From Octopus bimaculoides (taxonomy: Eukaryota), in contig NC_068983.1 in NCBI RefSeq assembly GCF_001194135.2, forward strand, positions 3,628,387-3,692,386: 64,000 bases of DNA, given 5' to 3'. Numbering within the stretch: position 1 is the first letter of the stretch; each line of letters begins with the position of its first letter. Below, piece after piece: positions 34,048 through 48,144 of this stretch. Made by a program: the position numbers and the translations under genes. The notes beneath the pieces are model-generated. The model made no database searches. It saw nothing but the letters and a program-made list of their open reading frames with translations, and was not told the origin of the DNA.

Positions 34048-35029
34048 TATATATATATATATAGTTGAAATTTACAGAAACACAAAAGACAAAGACTGGT
34101 GTATAAACAACAAACAGGTGTATCAGTTTAATACTCAGGAAGGTGAGAAAGTCTTTTATGTTTCGAGCCTACGCTCTTAAACAGAAAGGAACACGAGGAA
34201 ATAAACACAGAGAAAATTTTTAAAATAGATACATTGTGGATTTCCTCGAATCATTGTCTTGGAATTCTTTCCATATCATCATCATCATCATCATTTAACA
34301 TCTGTTTTCAATGTTGGCATGAGTTGGGCAGTTTGAGTGGAGATGGTAAGGCCGGGGCTGCACCAGACACCATAGTATTTTGGCATGGTTCCTACAGCTG
34401 GATGCCCGTCCTAATGCCAATCGCTTTACAGAGTGTACTTGATGCTTTCATGTGACACCAGCATTGACTGGGTCACCGAAGAACTTGCAAGACAAAAGCA
34501 CCTTCAGCTGGGAGGAGGGTGTAGGAGTGAGAGGGGTGTGCCATTTGATGAGAGATGAAAGGCACAGAAGGACAAGGGTAGGTGTCTTGCTGTAAAGTGA
34601 TACACCAGTTGAAAAGGAAAGGAAGGTGAGTTAAAGAGGAAGATAAAGAGAGTGAGAGAGAGAGAGAGAGAGAGAGATGGTGTTGAAAATGTGTCAAGAT
34701 ATGCCCTGGAAGGGTGTTGGGGGTGATGAGAATAAGTGGGGTAACACAGAGGTGGATGGATAGGGTAGAGGTGAATAAGGTACATGATGGAGTGAAATAT
34801 ATGAGAGGCTCAGGGTGGGGGTTACTGTAAGCATGTGAGGGCACTGAGGGGGTTAGGAGAAAAGTGAGGTGTTTGTTAATGATATAGAGACCAACACAGG
34901 CAGAGAAAGCACAGGAAGGAGGTGATTGGTGGAGACGGTAGATGGANNNNNNNNNNGAGAATAATGGGGGGTGGGTGGGGTGGCAATATTCTGTCAGTTT
35001 TGACCTTGAGCATCCACTTGCTGATCAAC

Positions 35030-35415
35030 TAAATTACCACCACGTAAAATGCACCATTCAAGTTTGATCGATGCCAGGTCCACGTGACTGACTCCTGTGC
35101 CGGTGGTATGTAAAGAGCACCCTCAGAATGTGGCCGATGCCAATGCCCCCTGACTGGCACCTGTGCCAGTGGCACACAAAAAAGCACTAACCAAATGCAA
35201 TCAATTCTAGACTTACCTGACTGGCTCTTGTGCCGGTGGCATGTAAAAAGCATCCACTACACTCTAGGAGTGGTTGGTGTTAGGAAGGGCATCCAGCTGT
35301 AGAAACACTGCCAGATCAGATTGGTGCCTGGTGTGGCCACTGGCTCTCCAGACCTCAGTCAAACCATCCAACCCATGCAGGACATTAAACCCAGACGTTA
35401 AACAATGATGATTGA
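35030..35415 (+). mobile_element. RTE 3'-UTR repeat
   Basis: Homologous to 21660-21915. Confidence 0.7.
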
Positions 35416-35704
35416 ATTAGTATATAAGTGGTTGAGTACACCAAAGACATGTGTACCATTAATGTAATTCACAGTGATGCAGTGTATGAAAAGGCTGTGT
35501 TTCTTTCTTAATTACATACACAATCCATCAGACAGGCTTCTGTACAGATTCCATATGTCCAGTTTCACTCACAACATTTGGGTCAATATGTGGTTTTAGA
35601 GAATAACATTTGCCCCAAGATGTGCTGGTATGAACCGAAAAGCACAGGTGAGAAGGCCATTCAGCCATAGGAACCATGCCAAAACAGACAAATGGAGCCA
35701 GGAA

Positions 35705-36010
35705 GAGCTTTCTGGCTTGCCAACTTCTAGTCAACAATTTTCATGGACATTGTTCAGCTGAGCTCTCTTCTCTGGTTCCTCCTTTAAGAACTTATCAGCG
35801 ATCAACCAGACTTGCATCCAATTCTCATCAATATACTGTGCAACCTCCTAAGTGTCGTAAAGCACTTTACTGTACCAGTTTCTTCTCTTGCACTTCTGAA
35901 CTTTGGAATTCCCTTCCACAGTCTTGTTTTCCTCTTCAATATGTCCTCCTCCAGTCTTTTAAATCTAATGTGCATCGTCACCTATTGACTTCTGTCTAGC
36001 GTCCATTTTT
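35705..36010 (+). mobile_element. C-terminal fragment of an L2/CR1/Jockey-group LINE RT
   Basis: HGHCSAELSSLVP..RSTR...SFFSCTSELWNSLP..CFP....FKSNVHRHL. Confidence 0.75.
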
Positions 36011-36866
36011 TTCTAGTAGCTCTTATGCTTTCGGTGGTCAAAGGACCCAGTAACAAGTGACAGCAGTGGTCAGCAGGCTGAGAAAGCTGGAGGTCTCCGC
36101 TACCACGGGCTTGACCACAAACCTATCAGTGAGCGGTCAATACTTTGACCGTTTGCCCTTCTCAACCTGACGAGCAGTGGAGCCTAGGCTGGTGGCTGAG
36201 CACACCAAGTTGCCTCTGGGGAAGGTGTCACTAAATGCGGCATGCCAGATGAGGGGCCCACCACTACAGGACAGGAAAACTGTTATGCCATCAGGCCTTT
36301 TGCTGTCCCATCAATCAAACGTCAATGGCCCGAGTTAGGAAGGGAAGCCTGTGGCATCTAGGACATGGTTTATGGTCTCACTGGAAGGCAACCAGCATTA
36401 TAAGAGCATGACAATAGAGGGTAGAGGCTGAAAGAATCCACAATGGATCCACGGCGGCAATGGGAGACTCACAAGATATCTTGCAGTAGGATTGAACCAG
36501 AGACCTTGTTGTAGTAAAGCGTACTTAATACAGCTGATATCTCAAATATAACTGTTTGGGATTCTCGAACGCGCGCGCGTGCGTGTGTGCTTGTTTAAAC
36601 TCAAGCTTTCTTTTAGAGACATGCATTTCCTCCTCTCAGACACGTTCACTCCCTTCACCCCTCTCCCACATTGATTCTCACTCCTCCTCTCTCAGACACA
36701 TTCATTCTCATGTCACCCCCTCTCACACATTTATTCTCCTCCTCATCCTCTCTTTCTGCACCTCTACATATTGCATTCTCTTGTAAGTCCTCTCAGTTCA
36801 ATATAGCTAACACGGTCGCACACACACACACGTGTATCTCTGTCTGTATTAACATACGTACACATC

Positions 36867-36901
<35 letters not shown>

Positions 36902-37229
36902 CCTTTCTTCCGCATCACCCCCCCTTCTTCGCTTTCCGCTGTTCCACTTCTCCTCACACCATTACCACTCACTCACTATATTCTATTACCTAACTCATTT
37001 ATTTTTCTAATCATTTTTGTTTTTTATTACATATTTTATTTCTTCCGTCTCTTTTACCTCTTATTTAATCCTCCTTCCTTCAGCTACACATATTACTCTC
37101 ACCAACTCTCTTTCTAATCTTCTAATCCCTTGTCCCCCCCCCTCCACATCTCTCTCTTTCTTGCTACTAAGCTCTAATCTTTAATTTCGTAATCTTGTAT
37201 CGATGATTTTTCTCCTCCCCCCTCTCTTT

Positions 37230-37540
37230 CCATATATCTTTTACTTGTTTCAATCATTAGATTGTAGTCATGATTTGAAGAATTTTTAGTCGAACGAATC
37301 GATCCCAAGACTTATTTTAAAGCCTGGTGCTTATTCTATCGATATCTTTTGCCGAATCGCTACGTTAAGGCGACGTAAACACATACACATGTGTGTGTGC
37401 ACGACAGGCTTCTTTCGGTTTCTGTCTACCAAAGCCATTCACCAGGCTTTGGTCCAAGGCTTAGAAGACATTTGCCGAAGGTGCCGCGCAGTGCGACTGG
37501 GAAGCATAAACTTCTTTACCACACAACCATGCCTGCGCAT
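37230..37540 (-). mobile_element. tRNA-derived SINE, family 2 (degenerate)
   Basis: Homologous to 19661-20037. Confidence 0.7.
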
Positions 37541-37792
37541 ATGAGGTTAACAGTTTCATACAAACCAAATGCTATAATTTAAAGGATAACTGGTGGAAAC
37601 AACACGAAAATATGGTTAAGGATTTTTCATATTTGTTACATTAAGAATGACTCTTGAAAAAGTCAGTTAAGGAAACAAATATAGAAAAAAAATCTTTAAA
37701 CATACTTTCGTGCTATTTCCACCTTTACTTTTTAATTCTCACTCTCTCTGCATATATACACACACTCGTGTGTATGTGTGTGTGTGTGTGTG

Positions 37793-37833
<41 letters not shown>

Positions 37834-38115
37834 CAGTCTGTTAAAGTCTGTCATACCGGCCATGATGAAATACCACAAGGTATAGAAAATACGTATTCGC
37901 CTTTATATTGAACACTCAATATTTCATCTATTCAATAAGACATATTCCATATATTCAATAAGACATTCAATACTTTATTTCATTGTACCATCCATTTTTA
38001 TTTTATATTGTATATTATATATTGTATATTCCATATTCTATATCCCACATTGGTTTTGCAGGAATATAAATAAAACATAAAAAACAGACAGTGTTGGAAC
38101 TCTTTTAAACAAAAT

Positions 38116-38962
38116 NNNNNNNNNNNNNNNNNNNNNNNNNNNNNNNNNNNNNNNNNNNNNNNNNNNNNNNNNNNNNNNNNNNNNNNNNNNNNNNNNNNNN
38201 NNNNNNNNNNNNNNNNNNNNNNNNNNNNNNNNNNNNNNNNNNNNNNNNNNNNNNNNNNNNNNNNNNNNNNNNNNNNNNNNNNNNNNNNNNNNNNNNNNNN
38301 NNNNNNNNNNNNNNNNNNNNNNNNNNNNNNNNNNNNNNNNNNNNNNNNNNNNNNNNNNNNNNNNNNNNNNNNNNNNNNNNNNNNNNNNNNNNNNNNNNNN
38401 NNNNNNNNNNNNNNNNNNNNNNNNNNNNNNNNNNNNNNNNNNNNNNNNNNNNNNNNNNNNNNNNNNNNNNNNNNNNNNNNNNNNNNNNNNNNNNNNNNNN
38501 NNNNNNNNNNNNNNNNNNNNNNNNNNNNNNNNNNNNNNNNNNNNNNNNNNNNNNNNNNNNNNNNNNNNNNNNNNNNNNNNNNNNNNNNNNNNNNNNNNNN
38601 NNNNNNNNNNNNNNNNNNNNNNNNNNNNNNNNNNNNNNNNNNNNNNNNNNNNNNNNNNNNNNNNNNNNNNNNNNNNNNNNNNNNNNNNNNNNNNNNNNNN
38701 NNNNNNNNNNNNNNNNNNNNNNNNNNNNNNNNNNNNNNNNNNNNNNNNNNNNNNNNNNNNNNNNNNNNNNNNNNNNNNNNNNNNNNNNNNNNNNNNNNNN
38801 NNNNNNNNNNNNNNNNNNNNNNNNNNNNNNNNNNNNNNNNNNNNNNNNNNNNNNNNNNNNNNNNNNNNNNNNNNNNNNNNNNNNNNNNNNNNNNNNNNNN
38901 NNNNNNNNNNNNNNNNNNNNNNNNNNNNNNNNNNNNNNNNNNNNNNNNNNNNNNNNNNNNNN
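38116..38962. other. Assembly gap (others at 2275-2350, 33736-33845, 34947-34957, 51672-51962, 56875-57725, 59872-60004, 60429-61101)
   Basis: Runs of N. Confidence 0.99.
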
Positions 38963-39283
38963 TGTACGTGAGACTGTGCGTACATCTCTTTGTCTGAGTG
39001 TGTATGTGTTGTTTTGATCGTCTTTGTGGTGTGTGTGTGTGTGAGAGCAACCGTATGTATGTGTGAGGGTGTGTACGTATGTGTGCGTATGTGTGTGTAT
39101 GTATGTGTGCATCTGTGTGTGTGCGTGGGAGTGTTTTGTGTGAGTGTGGGAGTGTGTGTGTGTCGTTTTAAATACCTTGTGGTGTGTGTGTGTGTAAGCA
39201 AACGTATGTGTGTGATGGTTCATATGTATGTGTATGTCTATGTCTGTATGTGTGCGTGTGTGGCATGTGTATATGAGTATGTG

Positions 39284-39321
<38 letters not shown>

Positions 39322-39528
39322 TCAAAGAAGATACTTCAAGTATGTGTGTGTATGTATATATATATAAATACAAGAAGATACTACAATGATATGTTAATAT
39401 ATTAGGATACATTAAACACATAGTATGAGTGGCTCGCTAGTGTTTTATCAGTTTCAGATCAAAGCTGTGGCCATGCTGGGGCACCGCCGTTTTGCTACAC
39501 TATTATTACTAAGAGCCTCCTCCTATAT

Positions 39529-39559
<31 letters not shown>

Positions 39560-39650
39560 ATACATGTCTGTTTCCCCCCCCCATCTCTCTCTCTCTATAT
39601 ATATATATATATACTCCAAGAGAGTTAGGAGTTGGAGGATTCAACCCACT

Positions 39651-39724
<74 letters not shown>

Positions 39725-39730
<6 letters not shown>

Positions 39731-39828
39731 CAAATGAATAATAAACAGACGATGGCTAATTGTCAGTCCATTACTTGCTATAATGAGCTGATAATTGCCA
39801 ATCGTCTGTCATTATGCATTTGATTATA
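39725..39828. other. 104-nt imperfect hairpin next to (TA)n (pre-miRNA/hpRNA-like, or a palindromic MITE)
   Basis: Core 39745-39809 pairs about 27 bp with 2 single-nt bulges, 1 mismatch and a 7-nt loop. The basal stem extends by about 17 bp. Confidence 0.6.
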
Positions 39829-42800
39829 ATACGACTCGACGGACACCCTAGAGAATACCAACAACCTACAGTTCAACATAACGCATGCTTGGGACCAGCC
39901 CCTAGGCGCTAAATACTCATAGGGCCTTGGTTTTCTCTTGTGTATACAACCAGAATATACTACTTGATATTATCAATCATAGATCGGAACCACATGTTTA
40001 TCTAACCCTAATTGGTGCATGTCTTTACAAGTACCCGATTCTACCCGAACCCTTTACTACACACATACGCGCGCGCATATTTTCATTCATCTACCCCCCT
40101 CCACCTCATTAGCTGCTAACCTTTGTAACAGAAATCTCGTTCTCATTTCATTCATGTCCCGACACACACACACATACACACTGATACAAACACACATTAC
40201 AGGCACTTGCTGCGTAAAAATCCCGCCAAAATCAACTCTGGCCACTTTTAATCGGTTGTGAGATGAATCAAATAAAATACCAGTCGTATAATGGGGTAGG
40301 TTTAGAGACACTAACACCTGCCTCTGCCGGAGATGTGAGCTTGTGTCTCTGATAAAAATTATTTCTCATCATCAACAACAAGCGAACACACACACACACA
40401 CGGGTAGAATGATAGACAGACAAACAGGTGGACAAATAGACAGACAGGCAGATAGACAAAGAGACAACAGACAGGCAGATAGACAAAGAGACAACAGACA
40501 GACAGGTAGATAGATATATTAATATATAGAGAGATGGAGACACACTTCTCAAGCGCTTACACAACTCTCTCTCTCTCTCTATCACACATTTTTTCATTCT
40601 CCCCCTCTAACATACACTCTTATTCTCTCTCTCTCTCCCTGTTTCTGACATTCACAGACATTCTCATTCTCTGTCCCCTCTCTTATACACATTCTCACAC
40701 ACGCTCTTCTCTCTCTCTCTCCTCCTACAACGACCATATTCTCATTCTGCCACCAATTTCTTAACAACTACAAATTTCCTCTGTCTAGTAAGTCTCATTT
40801 CTCTCTCTCTCTCATCTTTCTATCCCCCTCTCTCTCTATTCCAATGTCTTTCACCATTAACCTCTCCCCCTTCCTCTATTCCATATCTCCATTTCTCGAG
40901 TTGAGATTTTCTGCAAGAATTCTGTCGAACGAGACAATATTTCTGCCCAGACCTCCGAAGTACTTATTGCCTCAAGAAAACACTTCTCCCCCGTCTTTCT
41001 TATTCTTATCATCATCATCATCATCACCATTATTAACAACAATAACAATACTACCACTAATAATAATACAAATAAGAATAATAATTATAAATTCTTGCAT
41101 TTCGGCTGGCAGAGTGAGAATCGTGATTTCAAGGTAAGTTTCTGGTATACCCTGACCTAAAAACTCTACTTCTTTCTTCTCTTATATCACTAAATGCTCT
41201 GTTCCATGTCTCAAAGACAGATTTTTCTTATTTAACCAACCTCAAAGATTATAAATGCTTCTAATACTCTTGGCGTCACCTATTCTTGGTTCCAGTTTTC
41301 CATTCATTCAAATATCTCATTATTAAAAAGGAAAAAAACAACATACGACAGATAATTAATAAAGAAACAACAGTGTGCCTTATTTTGTACAATATAGTGA
41401 TGTCAGAAATTGAACTACGGCCATACTGGAACACAGGTTTCGAGGTTTTGATCTGTGGTAAACGAAACCAGTGCTTTAATTTATCCATTTCCATTGGATG
41501 ACAAATTTTTGTTTTACAGATAGAAAAGGTAATTGAATTCACCAGTTTACACCATTCTTAGTTTTATAGTCACTGACTTCAAAGTTTCACAGGCACAAGT
41601 GCTACCCCTTATTATAAAAGCATAAACTACACACACGGAGTAATGTAAAAGTTGTAAAGTTTATTAGGATGTGTTATGTCTGTTTGTTATACTCTGAGTT
41701 TTGCCCTTAAACTGTTATTTATGACTGTTGAAAGAACAGCCCAGACCCGTGCGAAACGTAAAGTAAGACAAGTCAACGTTTAAATACGTATGTGAGTCTG
41801 AGCGTGTGTTGTATGCATGCATGCACACACACACACGCGCGCGCGCGCTGGTGGGAGGGGCAGAGTGAGAGATGGATAAAGATAAGGGGCTGGAGGTGGT
41901 CAGTGGTGTACAAAAGTTGCGTGGGAGTGAAATTATGTGGGTGGACGATGTTATAAATGAAGGATGGATGAAAAGAGCAAGTGGCTTGAGAGATAAAGAT
42001 GCTATATATTATCATCATTGTTTTAACTTCCACTTTCCTATGCTAGCATGGGTCAGACAGAATTTGTTGAGGTGGATTTTCTATGGCTGGATGCCCTTCC
42101 TGTCACCAACCCTCAACTGTTTCCAAGCAAGGTAAATATTTCCCCATGGCCAGACATGTTTTTCATGGAAGACTGGAAACAGACTACACTTGTGTGAAAG
42201 TGATGCTTGCTTTACAACTGTCACATGATGTCAAGACAATGAAACACACACACATTCATATCTTCATTTAATGTCCCTTTATCCATGCTGGCATGAGTTG
42301 GACAGTCTGACAAGAAGACAAGCCAGAGGGCACTGCCATGTTCTATGTCTGCTTTGGCATAGTTTCTACAGCTGGATGCCCTTCAAATGCTAACCACTTT
42401 AAAGAGTGTACTGGGTGCTTTTTAAGTGGCACCAGCACTGGTGAGGTCACCAAGTAGCTGCAAGATAAGACCCACTCCCCTGAGTGGGGGTGTAGACTGG
42501 AGAGAAGAAACTCTAATAGAAGGATAGGAGCAGGTGAATAGATGGCTTTCCCACCTGGAAAATGAGGGAGAGAAAGAAAGAGATGTGAGTTTCAGGTAGA
42601 TATTGTGAATATTAAACAGAATTAGAAGCTCACTGCGTGAAAACAGACAGATGATAAGAGCTAGAGAATGAGTTGGACACAGAGGATACCAGTTCGGTGT
42701 TGGGAGAAGAGGAGAAAATAGATGAGCCGTGGGGGGAAGGGTTGACAGCTCCTCAGTTCTGCTGAGATGGATGGATCTTTTCAAGTGCAGCATAACACCA

Positions 42801-42959
42801 TCTTGGTCTCCTATCATCTCCTCTGAGGTTCAACATTTTTATATCTATATCTATATATATATATATATATATATAGAAATATATATAGATATACATGTAT
42901 AAACATGTATAGAGCAGTCTTCTATCAATTCTCATCTGTTGAATCTACACACAGGCCTT

Positions 42960-43420
42960 TGGTTGGCACAGGAATATGGTAGGAAGACGTGGAACAGAGT
43001 GGTGAGAAAATATCTTCAGACCCTGGGCCTCACTGAGGAGATGACAAGGAACCAGGACCGATGGCAGTTTGCTGTGCTTGAGAAGACACATCAGGCTAAG
43101 TAAAATCATGGCCATCCATACTTACAAGCATGTCCTTTATGGCCATACCACACCCCCCCCCCTCCCAGCTGAGAGCTCCTTGTCTTGCAGGTGCCAGAAC
43201 CACATAAAATGCACCCACACCAGTGGCATGTAAATAGCACCCAGCGTACTCTGGAAAGTGGTTGGCATGAAGAAGGACATCCAGTCATAGAAACCATGCC
43301 AAATCAGACAATGAGAGCCTGGTGCAGCTCTTTTGGCTGGCCAGTTCCTGTCAAACCATTTAACCTTTGCCCGTGTGGAAAGTGGACATTAATCAATGAT
43401 AATGATCATCATCATTTTAA
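42960..43420 (+). mobile_element. RTE ORF C-terminus plus 3'-UTR
   Basis: TWNRVVRKYLQTLGLTEEMTRNQDRWQFAVLEKTHQAK* followed by the (GAT)n-tailed UTR. Confidence 0.75.
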
Positions 43421-43664
43421 CGTCTCTTTTTCCATGCATGGGTTGGACAGTTCAACAGGAACTGACAAGCAAGAGGGCAGCGCCAAGCTCCAATATATGC
43501 TTTGGCATGGTTTCTACGACTGGAAACCCTTCACGTCAACCACTTCACAAAAATGTACTGAGCACTCTTTCGTTTTTTTGCACCAACACTGGTGAGATCA
43601 TCAGCTAATCCCAGGACTAGACCCCTCGACTGTGTGGGGTATAATATTGAGGGCTGTGTATATA

Positions 43665-43728
<64 letters not shown>

Positions 43729-43984
43729 GGCAGGCCTCCAAACAGCTTCCATCTACAAAAACCCACTCACAAAGCATTAATTGGCCCAGGGATCACCATC
43801 ATCATCATCACCATCATTTAACATCCATTTTCTATGCTGGCATAGTTTGGGGAGCTATCCAGACCCCAATTGTCTGTTGTAGCATGGTTTCTATGGCTAG
43901 ATTCCCTTCCTATTGCCAACCACTCTACAAAGTGTACTGGGTGCAGAAGTTGTCTACTACTTCTAATGACCAGATAAGAGAGCA

Positions 43985-44440
43985 GAGGACCCTGTCAAAG
44001 GTTATCTTGATATCAACAAAAGCCAAGTACAGAGGTTTATTTTTGGCTGGATTCTTGTGCCGACAGCACGTAAAAAGCCCATCTGAGCATGGTCGATGCC
44101 AGCCCACCCTGCCCCAACTGGCTCCTGTGCCAGTAGCATGTAAAACACACCATCTGAACATGGCTGATGCCAGTGCCGCCTAACTGGCTCCCATGACGGT
44201 GGCACGTAAAAAAACACCCACTAGGCTCTCAGAGTGGTTGGCATTAGGAAGGGCATCCAGCTGTAGAAACCTTGCCAGATCAGATTGAAGCCTGGTGCAG
44301 CCGCTGGCTCTCCAGACTGCAATCAAACCGTCCAACCCATGCCAGCATGGAAAACGGACGTTAAACGATGGTGATGATGATGATGACTTCTCCTGTAGTT
44401 GCCTAACCAGGAATATAGCATTAGTCATGTTCCAGAACAA
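43985..44440 (-). mobile_element. RTE RT fragment split by an opposite-strand RTE-UTR insertion (44051-44385)
   Basis: TNAIFLVRQLQEK | AKNKPLYLAFVDIKITFDRV, interrupted by a (GAT)n-tailed copy. Confidence 0.8.
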
Positions 44441-46194
44441 AATTTACAGAGGGTCCCGAGGGGTAAGACCAGATCTGAAATTACACAGTTGCAACACAGA
44501 CTTCTTAACCACACAGCCAAGCTTTAAGAAAAGGAGAAAACTCAGATGATTTTGTATCAAAGGACTCAAAGAGTATCAGAAAGTCAGGCTTGGTGTGGGG
44601 GCATGTGCCTTTGCAAAGCGTTGCTGCATTCACCATTTGTTGGTATGTTCCCAGGTCCTCCAGGGTGACTCATCAAGCAGTCCCAGTCAGCCTCCTATCT
44701 CCACGAGATGCCTTCTCTTCTGCCATGACTGTGGCATGTGGTTGACCAACACAAACTGTCAACCCAATTGGATCCTCAGAGAAGAGAGAACATGGTAAGC
44801 AGGACCTAACTTGGAAAGTCGAGCAACATGGCCAAACAGTTTGAACTGGTGCTTCCAAATCATACAAGTAGCAGAATACATCACAGTTTCTGAGTAGAGT
44901 CATTGGTTGTCTGCAAAATTTGGCCAGTGGTACCCCATTAGGTGAACTCTTATACTGAGTGTCTGCCAGGGTACCTGGTTGTAGAAAATCTACACCAACC
45001 CCAGGCTTGGAAAAGTGGGGATTAAATGATGATTGTGTGTGAGTGTATATTAAGTGTAAGTATGGGTGTATGGTTAAGTTTCTTTCAAAGCCACATGGTT
45101 TTCAGTTCAATCTCACTGCCGTGGCACCTTAGGCAAGGGTCTTCTACTATATTCTTGTGCCAACCAAAGGCCTGTGTGTAGATTCAGCAAATGGGGATTG
45201 ATAGAAGGTTGCTCTATACATGTTTATACATATATATATATATATATCATCCTCATTTAACATTCATCTTCCATGCATGCATGGACAGGATGGTCAACAG
45301 GAGCCGGCCAGGTAGAAGACCGCCCCAGGCTACTGTGTATTTTGGTAAGTTTTTTACGGCTGGATGCCTTTCCTAACACCGACCACTCTGCAAAGTGGAC
45401 TTAGTGCTTTTTACCTGGCACAAGCAAGGGCGAGGTCAATTTTAGCGTGATTTTTACAGCTGGAAGCCCTTCCAAATGCCAACCACTTTACAATGTGGAC
45501 TGGATGCTTTTTATGTGGCACCACCACTGGCAGGGTAACCAAGTAACTTGCAAGACAAGGAATTATGTGAATTATCCATCACCGTTGCTAATTTGGTCAC
45601 CTAGGTAACAGATATAAAGATGTTGAACCTCTAAGAGGACATGACAAGAGGTCAAGACAAATTTTATGCTGTACTTGAGAAGATCCATCCATCTCACAGA
45701 ATTGAGGCTCTGTCAAGCAATCCCCCACAACCCATCTTCTATTTCCTCCACTACCCCCAACACAGAACTGGTATCCTCTGTGTCCGTCCTGGCACTTTGC
45801 CACCATCTCTCTTCTGTTCTCTTTCTCTCTCCTAGTCTCTCTTTTCATCTTGCTCCACCTCTGATTGGTTGACCATGTATCTCCTCCTCCTCCACAGCGA
45901 CACACCCATTACTGGCCTGGACCTTGATCACCCTTTCTCTCTCTCTCTCTCTCTCTCTGACAGAGTAAATATGTATTAAAGGAATCATAACTGGCTATGA
46001 AGGTCACAGAGAGTCCTAATTTGGTGGCATGTAAAAAGCACCATCTGAACATGGCCGATGCCAGTACCCCCTGATTGGCCCCCCTATAATTTGAACTCTG
46101 AATGTAGCGGCAGACGGAATGCCGCTAAGCATTTTGCCCAGCACGCTAACAATTCTGCCTTTTGGAATATAATGAATAATAAATGGCAAATATT

Positions 46195-46575
46195 CTTTTA
46201 CTTGTTTCAGTCAGCTGACTGTGGCCATGCTGGGGCACCGCCTTTAGTCGAACAAATCAATCCCAGGGCTTATTCTCTGTAAGCCTAGTACTTATTTTGT
46301 TGGACTCTCTTGTCGAACAGCTAGCTTATGAGAACGTAAACACACCAACAGCGGTTGTCAAGTGATGGTGGATGGGGACAAACAGACACACACAAATATA
46401 TATATATATGACAGGCTTCTTCCAGTTTCCGTCTACCAAATCCACTCGCAAGACTTTGGTTGGCCCGAGGTTATAGTAGAAGACACTTGCTCAAGGTGCC
46501 ACGCAGTAGGACCGAACCCAGAACCATGTGGTTGGGAAGCAAGCTTCTTACAACACCACCACACCTGTGCCTATA
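46195..46575 (-). mobile_element. tRNA-derived SINE, family 2
   Basis: Homologous to 19661-20037. Confidence 0.85.
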
Positions 46576-46686
46576 GATATATATCTATATGTGTGTGTGT
46601 GTGTGTGTTACTAGACTACTCGTGACTCGTTGGGTCACCGGGAAACTCTGAGTTTCCCAACAACAGTTTTGCTTCGTGGGTTGGGA

Positions 46687-46801
46687 AGATTTGGCTGCTA
46701 TTTCTTGCACGTCCTGCTACCACGTAACAGGTATTTCGGGTCCTTTATCGCAAATAGCTGTTACGTGGTAGCAAGGCATGCTAGAAATAGCAGTCAAATC
46801 T
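46687..46801. repeat. 115-bp foldback with 44-bp arms
   Basis: agatttggctgctatttc..ctaccacgtaacag / ctgttacgtggtag..gaaatagcagtcaaatct. The arm motif is dispersed elsewhere (about 8400, 49350, 58630). Confidence 0.75.
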
Positions 46802-47481
46802 TTGGAGGAGAGATACGTTGAATGCACTCGAAAAAAAAAAAACTGTTTCACATTGAGGTTACGAATGGGTCTTTTATGAAATACTTACCGTATTTTTAAA
46901 GTCATTTTCACTTTAGAATATTTTTTAAATATGCCAAAATAAATTTTTGTAATGGTATTTCACTTGAAAATAATTTTATAAAACATTAAAATATTGTCTG
47001 TTTAAAGAAAACTAAAATATACATACTTACTGTGCAAAAAGCTTACATTTTTGAAATCATATTCACTTACAAATATTTCTAAATGATTAAAATAGTGTTT
47101 AACAAACGCGACAACAGAAATTGTAAAAGAAAAAAAAAAACCTTTTTATTTTTCGTTGTCAAATAGAAAGGTAAGAGTTTCTTCCCTTCCCAGATGAAGA
47201 TTATTTTCGGAACATTTCCCCATTACGCACCGTTTTGGTTATTTAGACCCTGAAAATGTCTAATATCTTTAAACCTGCTTTACCGATTTACGCGGAAATG
47301 GTTTCATTCGATCCGTATTAACATTTCAGCTTATACTTAATTCATGGTATTTTCCCATTATGCGCCAGTTTCGCTGTTTAACATTACAAAAGCAAGCAAC
47401 ATTAGCTGCAAAAAGACACACTGTTAAACTCATTTAGTAGTAGCAGTAATTGTTATTGTTGTAATAGTCATGGTGATGGCT

Positions 47482-47512
<31 letters not shown>

Positions 47513-47743
47513 CAGCAGTAGTGGTAGTATTAAAATAGTACTTTTATGTACTAACAATATCAATAATTATAATGATATTGACAAATATAGAGATAGCAAA
47601 GACACTATTAATAACATTAATAAAATATTAACGATATTAATGACAAAGAACGAAGAGAAAAAGGAAAGGGGGGAAGGAATTAGGTGGCAGTGGTGGGGTT
47701 GCAGAAATAAAAATAGTGAAAAATTAAAGGTAAAAAATAAACA

Positions 47744-48144
47744 GGTTATCTCATCCCAATTAAAAAATTGGTTTATCTGCCCCCACCGCCGCCGTTTTAC
47801 GAAAGATAGCGGTACTTTTGGTTATCTCCCTCAACTCAGAAAATTGCTTAACCTTCAATAAAAAAAAAAAAATTTTTTAATTAAACATGGAAACTGAAAA
47901 ACTAAACATTTTTATAACAGATCATACCATTCCTGAAAAAATTACACATCTTAATGAATCTGAATATTTTTATAACAAACCATACCATTCCTATTTAGGG
48001 GGCCAAAAGTCAACAATGTGTTGAAGTATTGCATCAAAAGGATCTTCTAACTCTTTTAATCCAGTCTCTTGTCGCCACATAAACTCGACTTTTTAGCAGA
48101 GATAACCCAATTTTTTGATGGGGGTGAGATAACTAAAAAGTACC
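47744..48144. mobile_element. Degenerate MITE with GGTAC-terminal inverted repeats
   Basis: ggtacttttggttatctc (47811) vs gagataactaaaaagtacc (48144). 47744-47780 is inverted relative to 48097-48135. No TSD. Confidence 0.5.

Noticed and set aside
34152-34184. Minus-strand minimal-hammerhead-like motif (..UAAGAGCGUAGGCUCGAAACAUAAAAGA)
   Set aside because: The CUGANGA core is mutated and stem I is uncertain, so this copy cannot be supported as a ribozyme.
37998-39223. Long ORFs of 270-390 aa spanning N runs (also 51634-52067, 56778-57777, 60355-61386)
   Set aside because: They are open only because the gaps translate as X.
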